Of a DNA stretch of 64,000 bases, positions 1-15,129 are shown piece by piece. Location: assembly GCF_009914755.1 (NCBI RefSeq), contig NC_060928.1. One strand, 5' to 3'. A program made the translations under genes and the position numbers. Under the pieces are notes generated by a model, which was given only the letters and a program-made list of their open reading frames with translations, was not told the origin of the DNA and made no database searches. The stretch is from the human T2T-CHM13v2.0 reference genome, Homo sapiens. Positions within the stretch are counted from its first letter, which is position 1. Every line of letters starts with the position of its first letter.

Positions 1-564
1 TTTGTATTAAAGAACAAATTAAAATATAAGTATCTCAAAAAATTCATTAGACATGTTCAAATTTATTCTATCCATTATGTCTTATGACATTTCAAATTAA
101 TGGCATTATCTCTATAGAATTTTTGTATATATATATATATACTTCAGGACTCAAAACAGATTTTAGAAACAAATCAACATTACATTCACTCTGATAATTG
201 TTTAGCAATGTTGATTTTACTGGACAGTTCAGGGGAAAAAAGGGAAATAGAAAAACGTCAATGACTAATTCATAAGATCAATTGAAAAATTCAAAATTGT
301 TTCTGATGTTACAGTGAACATAATTTTTCAAGACATCATAAAATAATTTAAAACATATTTCTATTGTAATAGATAATATTTATCTAAAACAAAGAAAGTA
401 TAACCATACAAATTGAATCTGTCTGATTTAGTTTTAGGAAATCTTAATGACCTAATATACAAAGCAATTTAGGAGGAAACTAAAGCAAAAAATTCAGGCT
501 TTCCAAGATCTGATATTTTTTCTAAAGTGACATATTGAAATAATCTCTACTAAAAAGAGTACTG

Positions 565-909
<345 letters not shown>

Positions 910-2029
910 TTAGTTTAGAAGATGAAAGAGGCAAATGACATTAAAGAGTCATTAATATGAACAATATAAAATAGTGTATGATACTTGTTATAACTGTTAA
1001 TGTTCTTATATTGCTTGGTATTTCAAACTCATAAAGGTGTGATTATTATAATATTTTATTAATAAACCAATTGGGCAGTTTTTGAACATGAAAGCATTTT
1101 TCTTATGTTTAAAGACAGAAAAAAATGTTGGATAACACATTAAAGAAGCTTCAAACTTTTTATTATTTGAGGCACACACTCTGTTCTCTACCTGCAGTTT
1201 TTAGTTTGTTTAATTTCTTCAGTGGTACAAAATCAAGGTTTTCAAAGCTCACCCAGAAACATCTGACTTGCTCTTACAATTATAAGTCAGAAAGTTAAGG
1301 AACCTCAGAAGAAAACTCCTGTCAACCTATCTCTATACTATGAGGTGAATATTAAAACAATCATTGTTGTAAATGATGGAGGTTGTCTTTAAATTACATC
1401 AATACAGTTTTGAGGAAGGAGACATATTTCTTCTAATGAGAGCCGCATATGCCTATTAAGACTAGGAAGATATTAGGAGTCACTCACTTAAATTAATTAA
1501 TAAAGTGTGAAGTCACAATAAAATAAAGTAGGTATAGCAGAATTTTATAATAGCAGTCACTTCAAAAATATATTGCATTTGGAATGACTCAATAATAAAT
1601 TCAGCTTTTAGAGGCCAAGAAATGCTTCCAATAAGAAACGATGTTTGAACAGAGGTTTAAGGAATGAATGGGTAATAGTGACCTGGAGGAAGGTAACAGA
1701 TCCCAAGAAAAGTGAAAAGACATTGAGCTGCAAAGATGCATGGCAGGAGTTTAAGAAATAACAAGCAGTCCTGAAAAAGTGGAGCATAGAAACTCCTGAG
1801 GACAAACAAGATGAGACTGTAAAAGTAACAATGCCAGGAAAACAGTTTTTCAGTTAGGTACAAGAGAGCCCCATTGACTTATTTCACAGTTTCAATATGT
1901 GTAATTATATTCTTCTAAAAGTTTTAGCTTCTTAAACCTGGACAACTCCAAGAATGAAATCTGCCCTTACTCAAATGCACTCTTCATCGAACATTCAAAG
2001 AGACTTTGCTGTTCAGAATATAAGTTTAC

Positions 2030-2150
2030 ATGGCTAGCTCTCCTACTAAATCCATGCCTTCCCAGGCAGTGGGAATGCCTCATCCACTTTGGCATGCCTA
2101 GCACCATGCAGCATATTGTAGGTACTAAATACACGTTTATTGAATAAATA
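2030..2150 (+). mobile_element. L2 LINE 3' end fragment
   Basis: CCTAGCACCATGCAGCATATTGTAGGTACTAAATACACGTTTATTGAATAAATAA resembles the L2 3' terminus. Confidence 0.55.
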
Positions 2151-2344
2151 AAGAGACAAATACTAAGCAATAGCTTTCTACATATTTATAGCAGGTCTTG
2201 CATTGATAGATAATGAAAATTTGTCACCAAACATACAGCCCATTATAAAAAGCCTTATAGTTGATAAAGAGAGAACTGAATACATGTATAATTCATGGTT
2301 TAATGTGTATTCTTGATGTATTTGCCTAAAAGTAAGAGGAATTT

Positions 2345-2460
2345 AGCCTTCACGTCAAGAGAACTCTGCCAATAGCTGGATGTGTGACCTTGGGCAAGTA
2401 ACTTAACCTCATCTTCAAAATGACAACTCACATTAAGGTCTCTTTAAACTTATTAATGTT
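2345..2460 (+). mobile_element. MIR SINE fragment
   Basis: Core motif TGTGTGACCTTGGGCAAGTAACTTAACCTC. Confidence 0.65.
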
Positions 2461-2713
2461 ATGATTTTATAAAATAATGTAAAATATCATAGCAGTTAAA
2501 CAGTAAAAAGCTAATGTGAGATCATTTTACTTCAAATATAATTTAAAATATTTTAAAAAACATTTGATTTGCTATTATTCATAAAATAATTTAATTCTAT
2601 ATAACAAAATTAATTTTTGCCCTTTCGGCCCTGACTGCATGTAGAAAATAATTTTACTGTTATTAATATGTGCTAATATCAGTAATCATTTTGATGTAAA
2701 ATATATGTATATC

Positions 2714-3065
2714 TGTATTAGTTTGTTTTCACACTGCTGATAAAGACATACCCAAGACTGGGAGGAAAAAGAGTTTTAATTGGACTTACAGTTCCACATG
2801 GCTGGGGAGGCCTCAGAATCATGGTGGGAGGCGAAAGGCACTTCTTATATGGTGGCAGCAAGAGAAAATGAGGAAGAAACAAAGCGGAAACCCTGATAAA
2901 CCCATCAGATCTGGTGAGACTTATTCATTATTTTGAGAATAGCACAGGAAAGACTGGCCCCCATGATTCAATTAGCTCTCCCTGGGTCCCTCCCACAACA
3001 CATGGGAATTCTGGGAGATACAATTCAAGTTGAGATTTGGGTGGGGACACAGCCAAACCATATCA
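2714..3065 (-). mobile_element. THE1 (ERVL-MaLR) solo LTR
   Basis: Reverse complement starts TGATATGGTTTGGCTGTGTCCCCACCCAAATCTC and ends CTAATACA; exact 5-bp TSD ATATC at 2709-2713 and 3066-3070. Confidence 0.93.
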
Positions 3066-6000
3066 ATATCTATTTCTATCTATGTACATATATCTTGCTT
3101 TATTCTCCCTCTTATGAGGAGAGAAAAATTTTAGTATTAACATTACAATGCTGTTGTATTTAGAAGTTTATACAGTGAAAAATTAAAGTATAAAAGTTGA
3201 AAATACAGAAGAGAGATAAACAGAATTCACTTATTAATTTATATAGTCTCATGTTTATCTCCCCCACAGCAATAAAATTAAACCAGTTAAAGATATATTA
3301 CATAATATCCCATTGAACATCCTTTCTGTATTTGCTGAACTTATCAGAGGAGCAACAGGGAGAATATAAATCTTTTAAATATCAGATTATTTCCTTAGGG
3401 ACAATTAAATCTGAGATATTTATATAACAACATAGGTAAAAGGCACTATATAGTTGGACAGAATGTGCCATTATAGGAAAAGTAAGTAACTTATACACAC
3501 CCACCAGGAAAACATTAATCAGAAAAGGCAGAACAGGCATGAAACTTTTCACCATGAGCTTGAAGCTGCATGTGAAGCAGAAGTAATTCATTGCCAAGAG
3601 TCTGGAGATTACAAAACATCACAACGACTTTTAAAAGTAGACAATTTTTCAAAATTATGGCTTAGCCAAATAGTTATCACTGATCACTTGTGAAAGCAAA
3701 CTGTAGACATGTTTTTAAAATGTGTTAACTAAAAGTAACAGTAATGACCTAAGAACACAACAATTAATTTCAATAGATAATTGCCAAACATATATTGAAA
3801 CAGGAGTTCAGGATAGTTACTATAGCACAGTCTTTACCTTCAAGCAACTCTCAGTCTCAGAAGGGAGTCAGGTATACAAAGAAATAAGTTATAGTACAAT
3901 GTGGTAAAGTGAAAGAGTACCAATGTGTACAGGGTGCAAAGCTAGTGAGAAAAGTGAATAATTATGAGTCATAGCATCTACAGAGATTCAGGGGAGGGAA
4001 GATGTAGAAAAAAAGTTTCCCAGAGGAGGAGAATTCAGAGATGAACAGTTCAAACAGAACTTTATTTCCCCTGCTTTACTCTCTATATTCCTGAAAAGAA
4101 AACGGCTTGGTTGAAAAAAACTAAAAAAGCTAATCACAGCAGGGTTTGATTTTATTCCTTGGCAATAAATAAAGGAGAAATACAAGGGGCCCGAAATCAT
4201 GGTAATTAGAGGAGGAGGTCCAGAACCTAAACAATTGTAATAACCAAAAAGAAGCACTTTTGAATCAATTTTAAATTAAATTTAGAATCATTATGAAGTA
4301 TTATTTTCCTCTATATCTTCCAAAATGATCCAAATCTGCCAAATACCATCCACCAACTTATCTTGCACATTTGTTTCTAGTAGAGAGTAAAAATTGTTTA
4401 CTTAAGCTGTCCCACTTTTGATATGTGGTCAGGGGCCTTTACATATTTAAAATTCATTTTCCGTATCATTTATCAAAACCTTCTATGTGCTCCCTACTGT
4501 GTGCCTAAAATAGCCTCTAAGGATAAAATCTAAGGAAGTTGGTTAATTATTTCTCAACCTGAGTAAGCTTATAACCATAATAGAAAAAAATGTTGTATGA
4601 TTATAGAAAAAATACAAGGTAATATCATTTTATAGGTTATCTATGATCATACAAAGAAGAGTACAGGTAGTACTCACTGAAGAAACTGAAAATAAGAGAA
4701 AGAGCACATTGGGATAGTATTGATATGGACAATATTTAAAGCAAATAGATTCAGATCTCAGTATCTTTGACTTTAGGCTGTCATTTTTGAAGTGTCCCTT
4801 ATGTCTCAGTCATTTGATTAAGTGCTGCATGTATATTTTCTCACCTTGTCTTTACCATATCCCTGCAAGTAATTGATATTACATCCAATTGACAGATGAG
4901 AATGAGCTTTGAACTCAGATATACCTGTTTTTAGAAGCTTCCCAAAAGTAAAGCATTAAATTTAAGGGGGATGGGGGAAAGAAGACATGAGGGGCTTTTC
5001 AGGTAGAATAAATAGTCTTGATGATGCATAGAAGCAGGGGGATTGAAGAATTTGCAGTGTAAATTCTGCCTTGTTTATGCACGGGAAGAAAACAAGCACT
5101 CAATTCCAACTATAGTCCTATTACCCTATACAGTGCTCTCCTGCCCACTGTTTGACCTACATAATCTTCAGAATCTGTGTGTGGCTAAAGTCAGGTACTG
5201 GTTCCTAGACTGAGGAAGCCCGAGGAACAGAACACAGGTACAAGCCATGGGCATGGATCATGCCTAAAGAGCTCAGTAATCAACATTTTGTGGAGTTTTT
5301 CAGTTTCACCTATATAAGCACAAATATTTGACATGTTTAGCCTGCAAGAATAAAACATTCCATGAATAATGGAAACAGTTATCTTACTTCTATTTTTAAG
5401 GATTCCAAGGAACTCCACAAAGCAGCTTGCTTCCTCTCAAGCAAATAAGAAAGATACGTTTATTTTGACAGACTATCTCGTCTCCAAATATTCGTCATAA
5501 ATTAGTCACTGTTTCCCTAAAGCAACTCTAAATTCCCCAAACCAGAGAAGACAGTTTTATTTTCTATTCCCAACATAACTTTCCGTGTCAGCATCAGGTC
5601 CCCAAGGTGGTGGTGTTAAAGCATGTCTTTCGTGACCACGCTGTATTTCAATGAACCTCTTTAAACTATTGCTCCAACTCCAGGATTTCATAGAACACAA
5701 TTTGAAATTTTTGTCTGGAATTATTACATTTTTAATTTTACAGGGAGATGTATACTTTTGCACAAGAAAAAGAATTGCACAAGACAGTAGATTCAATACT
5801 GAAAAGCTCAGTATTTCTAATTTCATGTTATTGAACTCTCTATTAGCAAGAATTCTTTAGTCACATATTTTATGAAGTTATAAATTATTTTATAAAAGAT
5901 GCCTCTCATCTCTTCCCACCAATCTCAATGTTTTTTTACTTAAACTTTCATTTATATTGTCTTAAATCAACATAAAATTCTAACCGGTAGAGTCAGGTTT

Positions 6001-6750
6001 GGAAGGTCTGGCATAACCATTTCCCAAGTCCCAGGCTTTTTGTAACAATTGCATTGTCTGTCTTGTAAGTTTCATTAATGGCTGTGCTGTGCCGCTAAGA
6101 CACTTGGAGCTCCATCAGTAGAACTTATTTAGGAGTAAGAAACCGGACAAGTATCATTTGCATTACCTCCAACTCTCCACTCCAGTGAACACTTAGACTT
6201 CTGCAACATTCTTTAGGTTTATATGTTTCCAGTCTAACATTTTCATTTATTCAACTGAAGTTTCAGAATGGCTCCCAACAAACCTAAATAATTTTAAAGA
6301 TAATTACTCCCAAAATTATCTTGATAGTTTGAATGAATTGAGCTCTCAATCCTAGAAATTTAGGAAATAGGTTTTGTAGATTTTTATTTTCTGAATGGAA
6401 GGGCATGTAGTGAATGCAAATGCAAGTCATACCTACCCCCGTTTTCCCTTTCTGTCTCAAGGCCCTATCCAAGGGACAGCTCTAGGTATTCTTCCTAAGA
6501 ATAAATGTAACTTTTGACTTATGTGATGTGATTGTCTTTTTTTAGCCATGTTTGGGTGTATTTGTCCTCTTTGCTCCTGCACAAAGATGGAAGAGAGAGT
6601 AGGGTTTCCTCATGGAGTGCCACCCTAATAGGAATGAGCTAGAAAGTCTTTGTAGCTGCCCTGGTTTGTGAACAGGGCTCAGAGGCTCCACAGAGCTACC
6701 TCCCACTCTGACCTCAACTATGGTTCATTTACAAGAAAATAGGTTATTAA

Positions 6751-7051
6751 GGCTGGACGAGGTGGCTCACATTTGCAATCCAGAACTTTGGGAGCCTGAA
6801 GTGGGTGGATCACTTGAGGCCAGGAGTTCAAGACCAGCCTGGCCAACACGGTGAAACCCTGTCCCTACTAAAAATACAAAAATTAGCCAGGCGTGATGGT
6901 GGACACCTGTAACCTCAGGCTCAGGAGGCTGAGGCAGGAGAATCACGTGAACCTGTGGAGGCAGAGGTTTCAGTGAGCTGAGACCGCACCACTGCACTCC
7001 AGCTTGGACAACAGAGCAAGACTCTGTTTCAAAAAAAAAAAAAATGAAAAA
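6751..7051 (+). mobile_element. Alu SINE (AluS-like)
   Basis: Dimeric Alu with A tail; TSD GAAAATAGGTT(A/C)T(T/C)AA. Confidence 0.95.
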
Positions 7052-7926
7052 CGAAAATAGGTTCTCAATGTTTGCAACTCCTGCAACTCCTAACATGGTG
7101 ACATCGGAAGTAGGGGCTTACCCTTCACCTGCTTATTACTTTCAAGACAAATCCAGAGAAGCAGGGCCCGTATTATTATGGGCTACATGACTTTGTTAAG
7201 GAAGGCAATATTTATCAATTATTAGTTAGTCTTAGTTGAGTCTTTCCTAATAATAGTGGAGAATACAGTTGCCTCTGAAGGTGCAGGATAGACCTAGAAT
7301 GCCAACTACTACATGTAAATCTTACAGAATCATTTTACTGTTTATAATTACTCCTGCAACATCTGCCATAAACAGACACTCATAATCAACCTCCAAGATA
7401 AGAAAATTATAGAGATTTTTAAAATATCCTATGCGGGCTCCATTGTCAGAAATGATAATATATGACTTCAAACCTTTTAAGAAGGATTCTACCATAACTA
7501 GAAAGTATTAGATAATTTTAAAAAATTAATAAGAATTCATATTGCATTTTATCAAGGTTCCTTTTCACTCCAAATTTAAGCGTCCTACATTTAAATGTTT
7601 AACTACCTTAAATTACACTTAAAAACCCAGAGTAATACATCAAAAAGTAAATTTATCTACCAACATGGACATATAGGATGTTAAAATATCCTAATTTCGT
7701 TAAATTAACCCTCTAGTTTGAAAGAACTTCTATTTTTCCTGTATTTCTAAAAAATGAAAGTTATGTTATAATACTATAATTGTTATTATTCTTTCAACAA
7801 ACATATACTTTACACTACTGTACACAACAAATTCTGTTCTTGGTCCTTCCTCATGGAATAGTTTCTTCTTTGCTTTTTGGTGGGTTGCAACCAGGTAAGC
7901 TATACTTTGCTTTATAGGTTTTTCAA

Positions 7927-7976
7927 ATATATATATATACACATACACACACACACACACACACATACACACAGAC
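7927..7976. repeat. (TA)n(CA)n compound microsatellite
   Basis: ATATATATATACACATACACACACACACACACACATACACAC. Confidence 0.9.
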
Positions 7977-8105
7977 ATAATAGATTGAAGCTGTAGTTTT
8001 TATATCTGACTTTAATATTAATCATAAGAATCACAAGGAGCTTCTATCATTTATTGAGTAGATATCATATTCCAAGAACAATGTCTTTAAAAACTTTAGA
8101 GATGG

Positions 8106-8460
<355 letters not shown>

Positions 8461-8769
8461 TCAAACACAGATTAACTAACCTGCCCAAGTTTCACCTCTT
8501 CAGCACAAAATTACAAGATGGCTATAACTAATGCAATAAAAGCCATTAATAAACATTCCATAAGTAATCCATAAAATGATTTTAGAGGGGTAAGAAAATC
8601 AACTCATCATAATTTGCTGTGAAATAATTAACATTCCTCATCAGTTTCTCTGCTGGTTACATAGACTTTAAAGCTTAGGTGAATCTCATAAATCATGTAG
8701 TGAAATTTAATAGCCTAAAGAGGAGGATGAAGAAAGTTTTCTAACATGAAAATTTCTAGTGATAACACC

Positions 8770-9450
8770 AGCATTTGTTTATTTATTAAAAAATAGTCAC
8801 TTAGTGCCAGAAATATAACAATGAGCAAGAAGGCATAGTTGTAGACTTTGTTGAAGTTTTGCTTGAGATTTCAAAGAATTGAACAAGTAATTATGAAGTC
8901 TACAGTTTAGATCGTATCAAGGGAAGTGTCAGAACACTTCAGAGATGGTAGAGAAATTTTAGGATACTTTAAAGGAGGTTAAAATCAGCAACTTTGGAAT
9001 GATGGAGAAGTTCTACTTGATAAAGTAATATTGAAGTTGGAATAAGAGGTGTAGCATCAAGTTAGGCTTAATAAGATGCTTGCATGGTAGAAGGACACTC
9101 CATGCAAGTGAGATCACATGAGCAGAGTTTTACAGTGGGAAGGAGCTTATTCTGTTAGTGTGACTAGAGAAAAATGAGGTTGCTGAAACCACAAAAAGCC
9201 AAGACGCGAAGTGTGATGGGTAGTGTGAGTGAAGATGTAGACAGAAGCCAGATCATGGAGGCCATGTTGTCTGATTAGCAACTTATTCTAAGGACCCAGG
9301 AATCCCATTAAAAGGATTTACAGAGAGGAACAAGTTGACCAAAACTAACTTGAAAAGTTCACTCTAAGTAGAACAAATGTAACAAAGATGAAAAAGACAG
9401 AATGACTTTAAGAATATAGATAGGCTGGCCCACAATAGGGCAGACACCAT
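8770..9450 (-). mobile_element. Degraded L2 LINE fragment
   Basis: Diverged L2-like antisense text (e.g. AGCCAGATCATGGAGGCCATG..CTTATTCTAAGG..CCCATTAAAAGGATTT); boundaries approximate. Confidence 0.5.
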
Positions 9451-11630
9451 ATCTCTAAGCTTAGAAAACTGACAGTTAAGACACTTGTTAATTTATAGAT
9501 AATCTAATTAATAGAAGTGGGAAGTAGAGAGAGATAACACCCAAGGAATTCAATAATCTCGGTTAAATTGGACGTTGAGATTGTCAGTTGAGAATGAGAT
9601 GGGTGGAGTTATTAATGGATCTCAGGAGAATGGTAATACTTGGAGTAGACACTAATGCAAACAAAAATAATAATAGCAGATAACTATTGGGCACCAAAGA
9701 TTGTTTAAAGGGTCTAGTTTTATTAACTTAGAGCAGCTGTATGAATTAGAGAATTTTATCAGTACTACCTTGGGGAATTTAGAGAGTGTAAAGTTAATTA
9801 GTTTTCCTGAAGTCTCACAGTTCATAACAAAGGTCAAAATCCATACAGTGTGGTTCCAGAGTCTGCATGCTGGTCACTCTGTTGTGAGCAACAGAATTGA
9901 TCAGCCAAGCCACGGTGCTGAGTCCTGGTGAGATTGGAGATTTTAGATGTGTGGTGGGTCTGTCTGCTCTGCCAGTGCCAACACAATCTGGAGTGACTCT
10001 TCGAGTTCTCTCCTGTAAATTCTCTTTTCACACTGAATTTGATGTATTGAAACAAGTTGATGTTTCCTGAAGCTGTAAAGTATTATTCCTTCAACATGTA
10101 TTTGTCCACCTCTATTTTTCTAGTAGAATTTCTTTATCTTATGTTTTTATGTACAAAATTCTCAAAAGTAGCACAGTGTATTATATTTTATTTACCATGT
10201 CACTAAATGTGGGATTTAAAATTTTTCTCTTTCCCTTCCTCTTTCTTTCTGTCTCTCTCTCTGTGTCTCCATGTACTGGAAAAGTCCATAAATAGCTGCA
10301 TATGTGGTTAATAACATCATGATTTCTTGGGTTGAGCAAGGCCAGAATTTCAAAAATGTTCCCTTCTAAAAATGAGGAAGATACTAATAAGTAAAGATTT
10401 ATAAATAATTTATTTATACATGCCACAAAATCCTTTGCAATGTGTATATAATAGCTATATAGTTTATCATCACAAGTTCACCTATGCAGAAATTGAGTTT
10501 TTCAATCCCCTTTGTGAATTTAATTCCTGTGCCCCCATGTCCATTGAAGATGGAAAACTCAGTCTTGTCAACTCAAAGTAAACACATTCATTGATGGATA
10601 TTTCTCACATGAAGAAAAAAAAGGAAGTGATTTTAACATTGACAACATGAGGAACTCACAAACTATCTAAAAATTGACAACTAGAAACATGTAGTTGTTC
10701 AGTGATCTCTCTCATCAATCTCTTCTTTTTATTTTCTTCAAAATAGTTTGAGATCCTCCAATCAAGAAATGAATCCCAGGGAATACACTGACGACAAACT
10801 TATCAAAAATACATTAAGAAGTGAACTATTATGTGCTATGTCATCTGTGCCTAAATGATGCCTACTAAAGAAATGTCATTCAAAATATATTTGCTGGATG
10901 TATAAGTGAATGAATAAACAAAATTATTTTATAGGTATTCACTGTCCAAAAGTTATTCTTGACAGTGGATTTGTACTGACTACTGTTATTTAAATCATAA
11001 TAAAATATCAACCACTGCACTAAAATAATAACCTTTAATTTAATTGGATATAAGTAAAAACATAAAAATATAAAACAACAACAATGAAAACATTCAAGGA
11101 ATCCAATGGCTGTCAACGTAACTGTTCTTGATTGCTGCATAGTTACCTTTTTTGTGGGGTGGCAGGGGCAGACATGCAACTGTGGAGTCCTCTCCTAATT
11201 AAGCAGCTTGAAATAAATATTTTTAAATAAAATGTGTTCAGTAATTTTAGCTTTCCTTATTTTTAAATTTTTCAATTCAGTTATTTCAAAAGAGGTATGC
11301 TTTAGTTTTTTGAGCACACTTGGTTATAAAATCCACATTAAATATGTTTCTGCTTAATTTCACAATTTTGAAAGAGATGTGGTCCTATCAAAATATTTTG
11401 TTGAAGGTGATAAAATTTTAAAATCATATAATATTTTATATATCCCTTCATCTGTTTAGAAATATCTATACTGACAGGTGGTTCTTTTAGATTAAATTGT
11501 AGTGGAGAGGAAGTTATAGTACATTATCTCCAACATGTTCTGGCTGTTCAGACACTGTGGCCTCAATCAAGATGCAAAACCACCACCACACCTTGGTGGA
11601 CCCTTTTCTAAATTGTATAATTTTTCTATA

Positions 11631-12023
11631 TGTTATCATCTGAATGTCTCTCAAAATTCATATGTTGAAACCTAATCCTCTGTGGTGGTATTGAGGCCTT
11701 TTAGGAAGTGGTCAAGTCATGAGGTCTCTGCCATCAGGAGTGTATTAGTGCCTTATAAAAGAGCTGGAGGGAAGTAGCTTAGGCCCTTTTTTGCTCTTCT
11801 GTCCCTTCCACCATGTGAGGACACAGCATTTTTCACCTCTGGAAAATATAACAAGGCAGCAGCATGTTGGAAAGAGAGACGGAACACCTCACCAGATACT
11901 GAATCTGCTGGTGTCTTGAACTTGGATTTCCAGCCCTCCAGAATTGTGGGAAATAAATTTCTGTTCTTTGAAAGTTACCTACTCTACAGTGCTTTGTTAT
12001 AGCAGCATGAACAGACTAAGACA
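11631..12023 (+). mobile_element. MSTD-like (ERVL-MaLR) solo LTR
   Basis: CTGAATGTCTCTCAAAATTCATATGTTGAAACCTAATC start, AATAAA, ends GACTAAGACA; TSD CTATA/CTATC. Confidence 0.85.
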
Positions 12024-13874
12024 CTATCCACACAGCTATAACATATAGGCATAGCTTACAGACCTCCATTTCTAAATTTTTAAGGTGATAAAATTCAGGT
12101 CCTTTTTTACTTTACATTTTTCTTTCTTTACATCCTGGTTAAAGAAAAATAACTTTGCTCTTTTCTCTCTCTCTTTTATTTTGGAAACATTTTCAACAAA
12201 GTTACCAAGAATTACTTTATTTTACTGATATATCTAATAGAGTTTTCTGCTTATCTATAGTATGGAGACATAAAAATTCAGATTGATTTTTAAATCATTT
12301 TTATATATTTTACGCAGAACAGAGGTATATATTGTGCAGATATATTGTGCAGATTATCATAATAATCTGCAGATTATTGTGAACATGAAAGCATGTGTTA
12401 TTGATTTAAAACCTCATGTTCCATTTTTTCCTCTTATAGTAGCTAATCAATTAGTAGAAGGTCATCAATCAACTACCCTATTTAACATTTTTGGAGAAGT
12501 CAAACAAATTGGTAATGAAATAAAGGGAGAAAATCTAAGTGCAGAGTGTGTACTACATAAGACATTTCAACCTTAGTGCTTGGAGAGTAGCATAAGCATT
12601 CATCAATTAAATATGACCAATTAAACGTGATATTCACCACCTCTGGATATTGCACGACTCTTCCTTTAGATCCAATTGTGTGTTTAAATCTTTGACTTGT
12701 GTGCAATGGAGAGGGGGCAGGTTGATAGAACATGAGTTAGATGTTTAAATTATGTAGCCATTTAAATTGATTTAAATCAATTAAAACGCTGTATGATTTT
12801 TTCCAGTTAGACATCCTTTCTGAATCACTCCTGAGTGATATTTTTAAATATAATCTTTACAAGTGGAATAAATGAGAGAAATCATTGTATGTTCTTTTCT
12901 CCAAGTTTTTAAAACTATTAGCAAAGATCTTGTTTTTTGATGGGTCTCAAACTTCCCTGACAGTTGAAAATACCCTGTAACACAGTTTATGTAAAGCTAA
13001 AGCGTACATAACACACTTTCTTCAAGCCCACATGTAACAAATAAAGATATCAAAGGAACTGACATTTCTGCATTACAGTTTAAAATAACATCCTGTGTGA
13101 CTTCTATATGCTGTGCTGTTAGTTCAATTTCAGATTTTCTAAACACCGGCTTTGCTTTCAAAGAGTAATGTTCCAGTTCCTGTAGGGAGTGTGTGGAGAC
13201 TGGTTCTAAAGCTAGGGGGGAAAGTTAAGAATGTGTGGCTTTTGGCTTCAGAATTAGCCATGCTTTAGTGATCTACTGCATTAAACTGTTTCTTATTAAT
13301 AGATCATGCACAATTCACCCTTCCCTCTTCCCCCCACACAAATCTGACACATTCTCATAATCAATAGCAAATGTGCATTCTGAAAGTTTCACTTTTTTTC
13401 TTAAGCCCACCCTGACTTTCATTGTGATACAATGAAACCATCAGAATTTAGTGTTAGGGAGTGTAACATATAACATAACTAAGTGTATTCTGAAAGTACA
13501 GTTGATAACTTTGAAATAATGTAACATATGTTGGGTTTACACTTTTCTCCAAAGAGAATGAAGATTTATCCTGAATAAACAGAAAGAAAATATATAAAGT
13601 CATGTAGATAATTAGAGAAATTATGGTAAAGTATGAATTTTTTTTTACTTTGGATAAAGATTTTGAAAGTGCCTCCTTTAAAAATAAATGGCTTTTTCTA
13701 AAACAAAAAAAGAAAGGTTTTCCAGAGCTCTTTTTCTTTGTAATTATTCTAAATTATAAAAATTCCCTGTCCACCCCAAACCCCCAAATATTTAACCCTC
13801 ATTTAGTTCTAATGACATCTACTATGGCCCAGTACAAAAATATAATCCTTTACCAGCCGACAGCCAAATACACA

Positions 13875-14101
13875 CAGTTGTCCCTCCGTATATGGGAGGG
13901 TAGGTTCCAGTACCCTTGCGTATACTAAAATCACGCATACTCAGTGGGTCCTGTGGACCCACATACAGGAAAAGCTGACCCTCCATATATGCAGATTTCT
14001 CATTGCACAAATACTGTATTTTTGACCCTAGTTTGGTTGAAAATAATCTACGTGTAAGTGGAGCCATATAGTTCAAACCTATGTTGCTCAAGGTTCAACT
14101 A
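13875..14101 (+). mobile_element. MER8 (TcMar-Tigger non-autonomous DNA transposon)
   Basis: Starts CAGTTGTCCCTCCGTATA, ends GTTCAAACCTATGTTGCTCAAGGTTCAACT; ~230 bp with terminal inverted repeats. Confidence 0.85.
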
Positions 14102-15129
14102 GAGCTCCTTTCTCACTTCTCATCTTCTTAACCACTTTGTTTCACTTACAACATCCGCACTCCTCTCAGTGACACCCACTCAGTCTTTCCTTTGGCTTCT
14201 CTGACTCAGTGTCCTGGCTCCGCTCCCTATATAGATTCTTATCTAAATCTTTCATGAATTGACCTTATTTCTCACACTTCCTAAATATTAATGCTTCCCA
14301 TCTTTCTGTCCAACTCTCTCCTTTCCTCCCTTTATGAATTTTGTTGAATTTATCTGCAAAGTTTAAGCTCTGTAAGCATATTGATCTTTATTTCCTCTCT
14401 CTCTCTCTGTCTCTGACTCTCTTTCTCTCCCTTCTTATATTTTCTTAAAGTCTTTTCTGATAATACCCTAGAGAGATAGACTAGTAGCTATATAGAATAA
14501 TTATATTAGAGTAAAAGAAAATTTTAGACATCATTCATTTTACTTTATGCATGAAGAAAGAAGGCAGAAGGATTGCATAATTTACCTTTGCTTGACTTTA
14601 ATAGCTATTCACTGAGCACATACTATATGTCAGGCACTATGCTAATGCTGATTAAGATATGGTATTTTCCCTCAAAATGTTTAGGTCAGTAGAAAAGATA
14701 GGTATATGAAAGTCATTGCAATACAATTCTATCTATGAAATAGATAAAAGTATATGAAACTGATATGGTACAGAGGAGAGAGTGATGAGTTGAGAGTAAA
14801 GCTAAAGACCACAATCACAAAAAGAATATCTTGATAGGAGGTGAATAAAAGGTGAGGATTTTCCAGGAAAATAAAAGGAGAAGGGTATTCCAAACAGAGG
14901 GAACAATGTGCTTGGAACACCTAAGTGGTTCAGATGGATCATAAGATAAAGGCAAGTATTGATGGAAACTTTAGAAATTGACATAATCAACTGTGCATAA
15001 AAGCGTTCTTTTTTATAATACACATAGGTGTATTCACACTTGGTGTTAAAACCATATAAAAAGATGACTGTCTACATTAACATGGAAGGAGGTCTCAGCA
15101 CTAGGTTATGTCCTAGACAACATTTTCAA

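Noticed and set aside
1223-1344. Possible + strand exon (TTTCTTCAG acceptor, GAG/GTGAAT donor)
   Set aside because: Stops in all three frames and no supporting neighbouring exons
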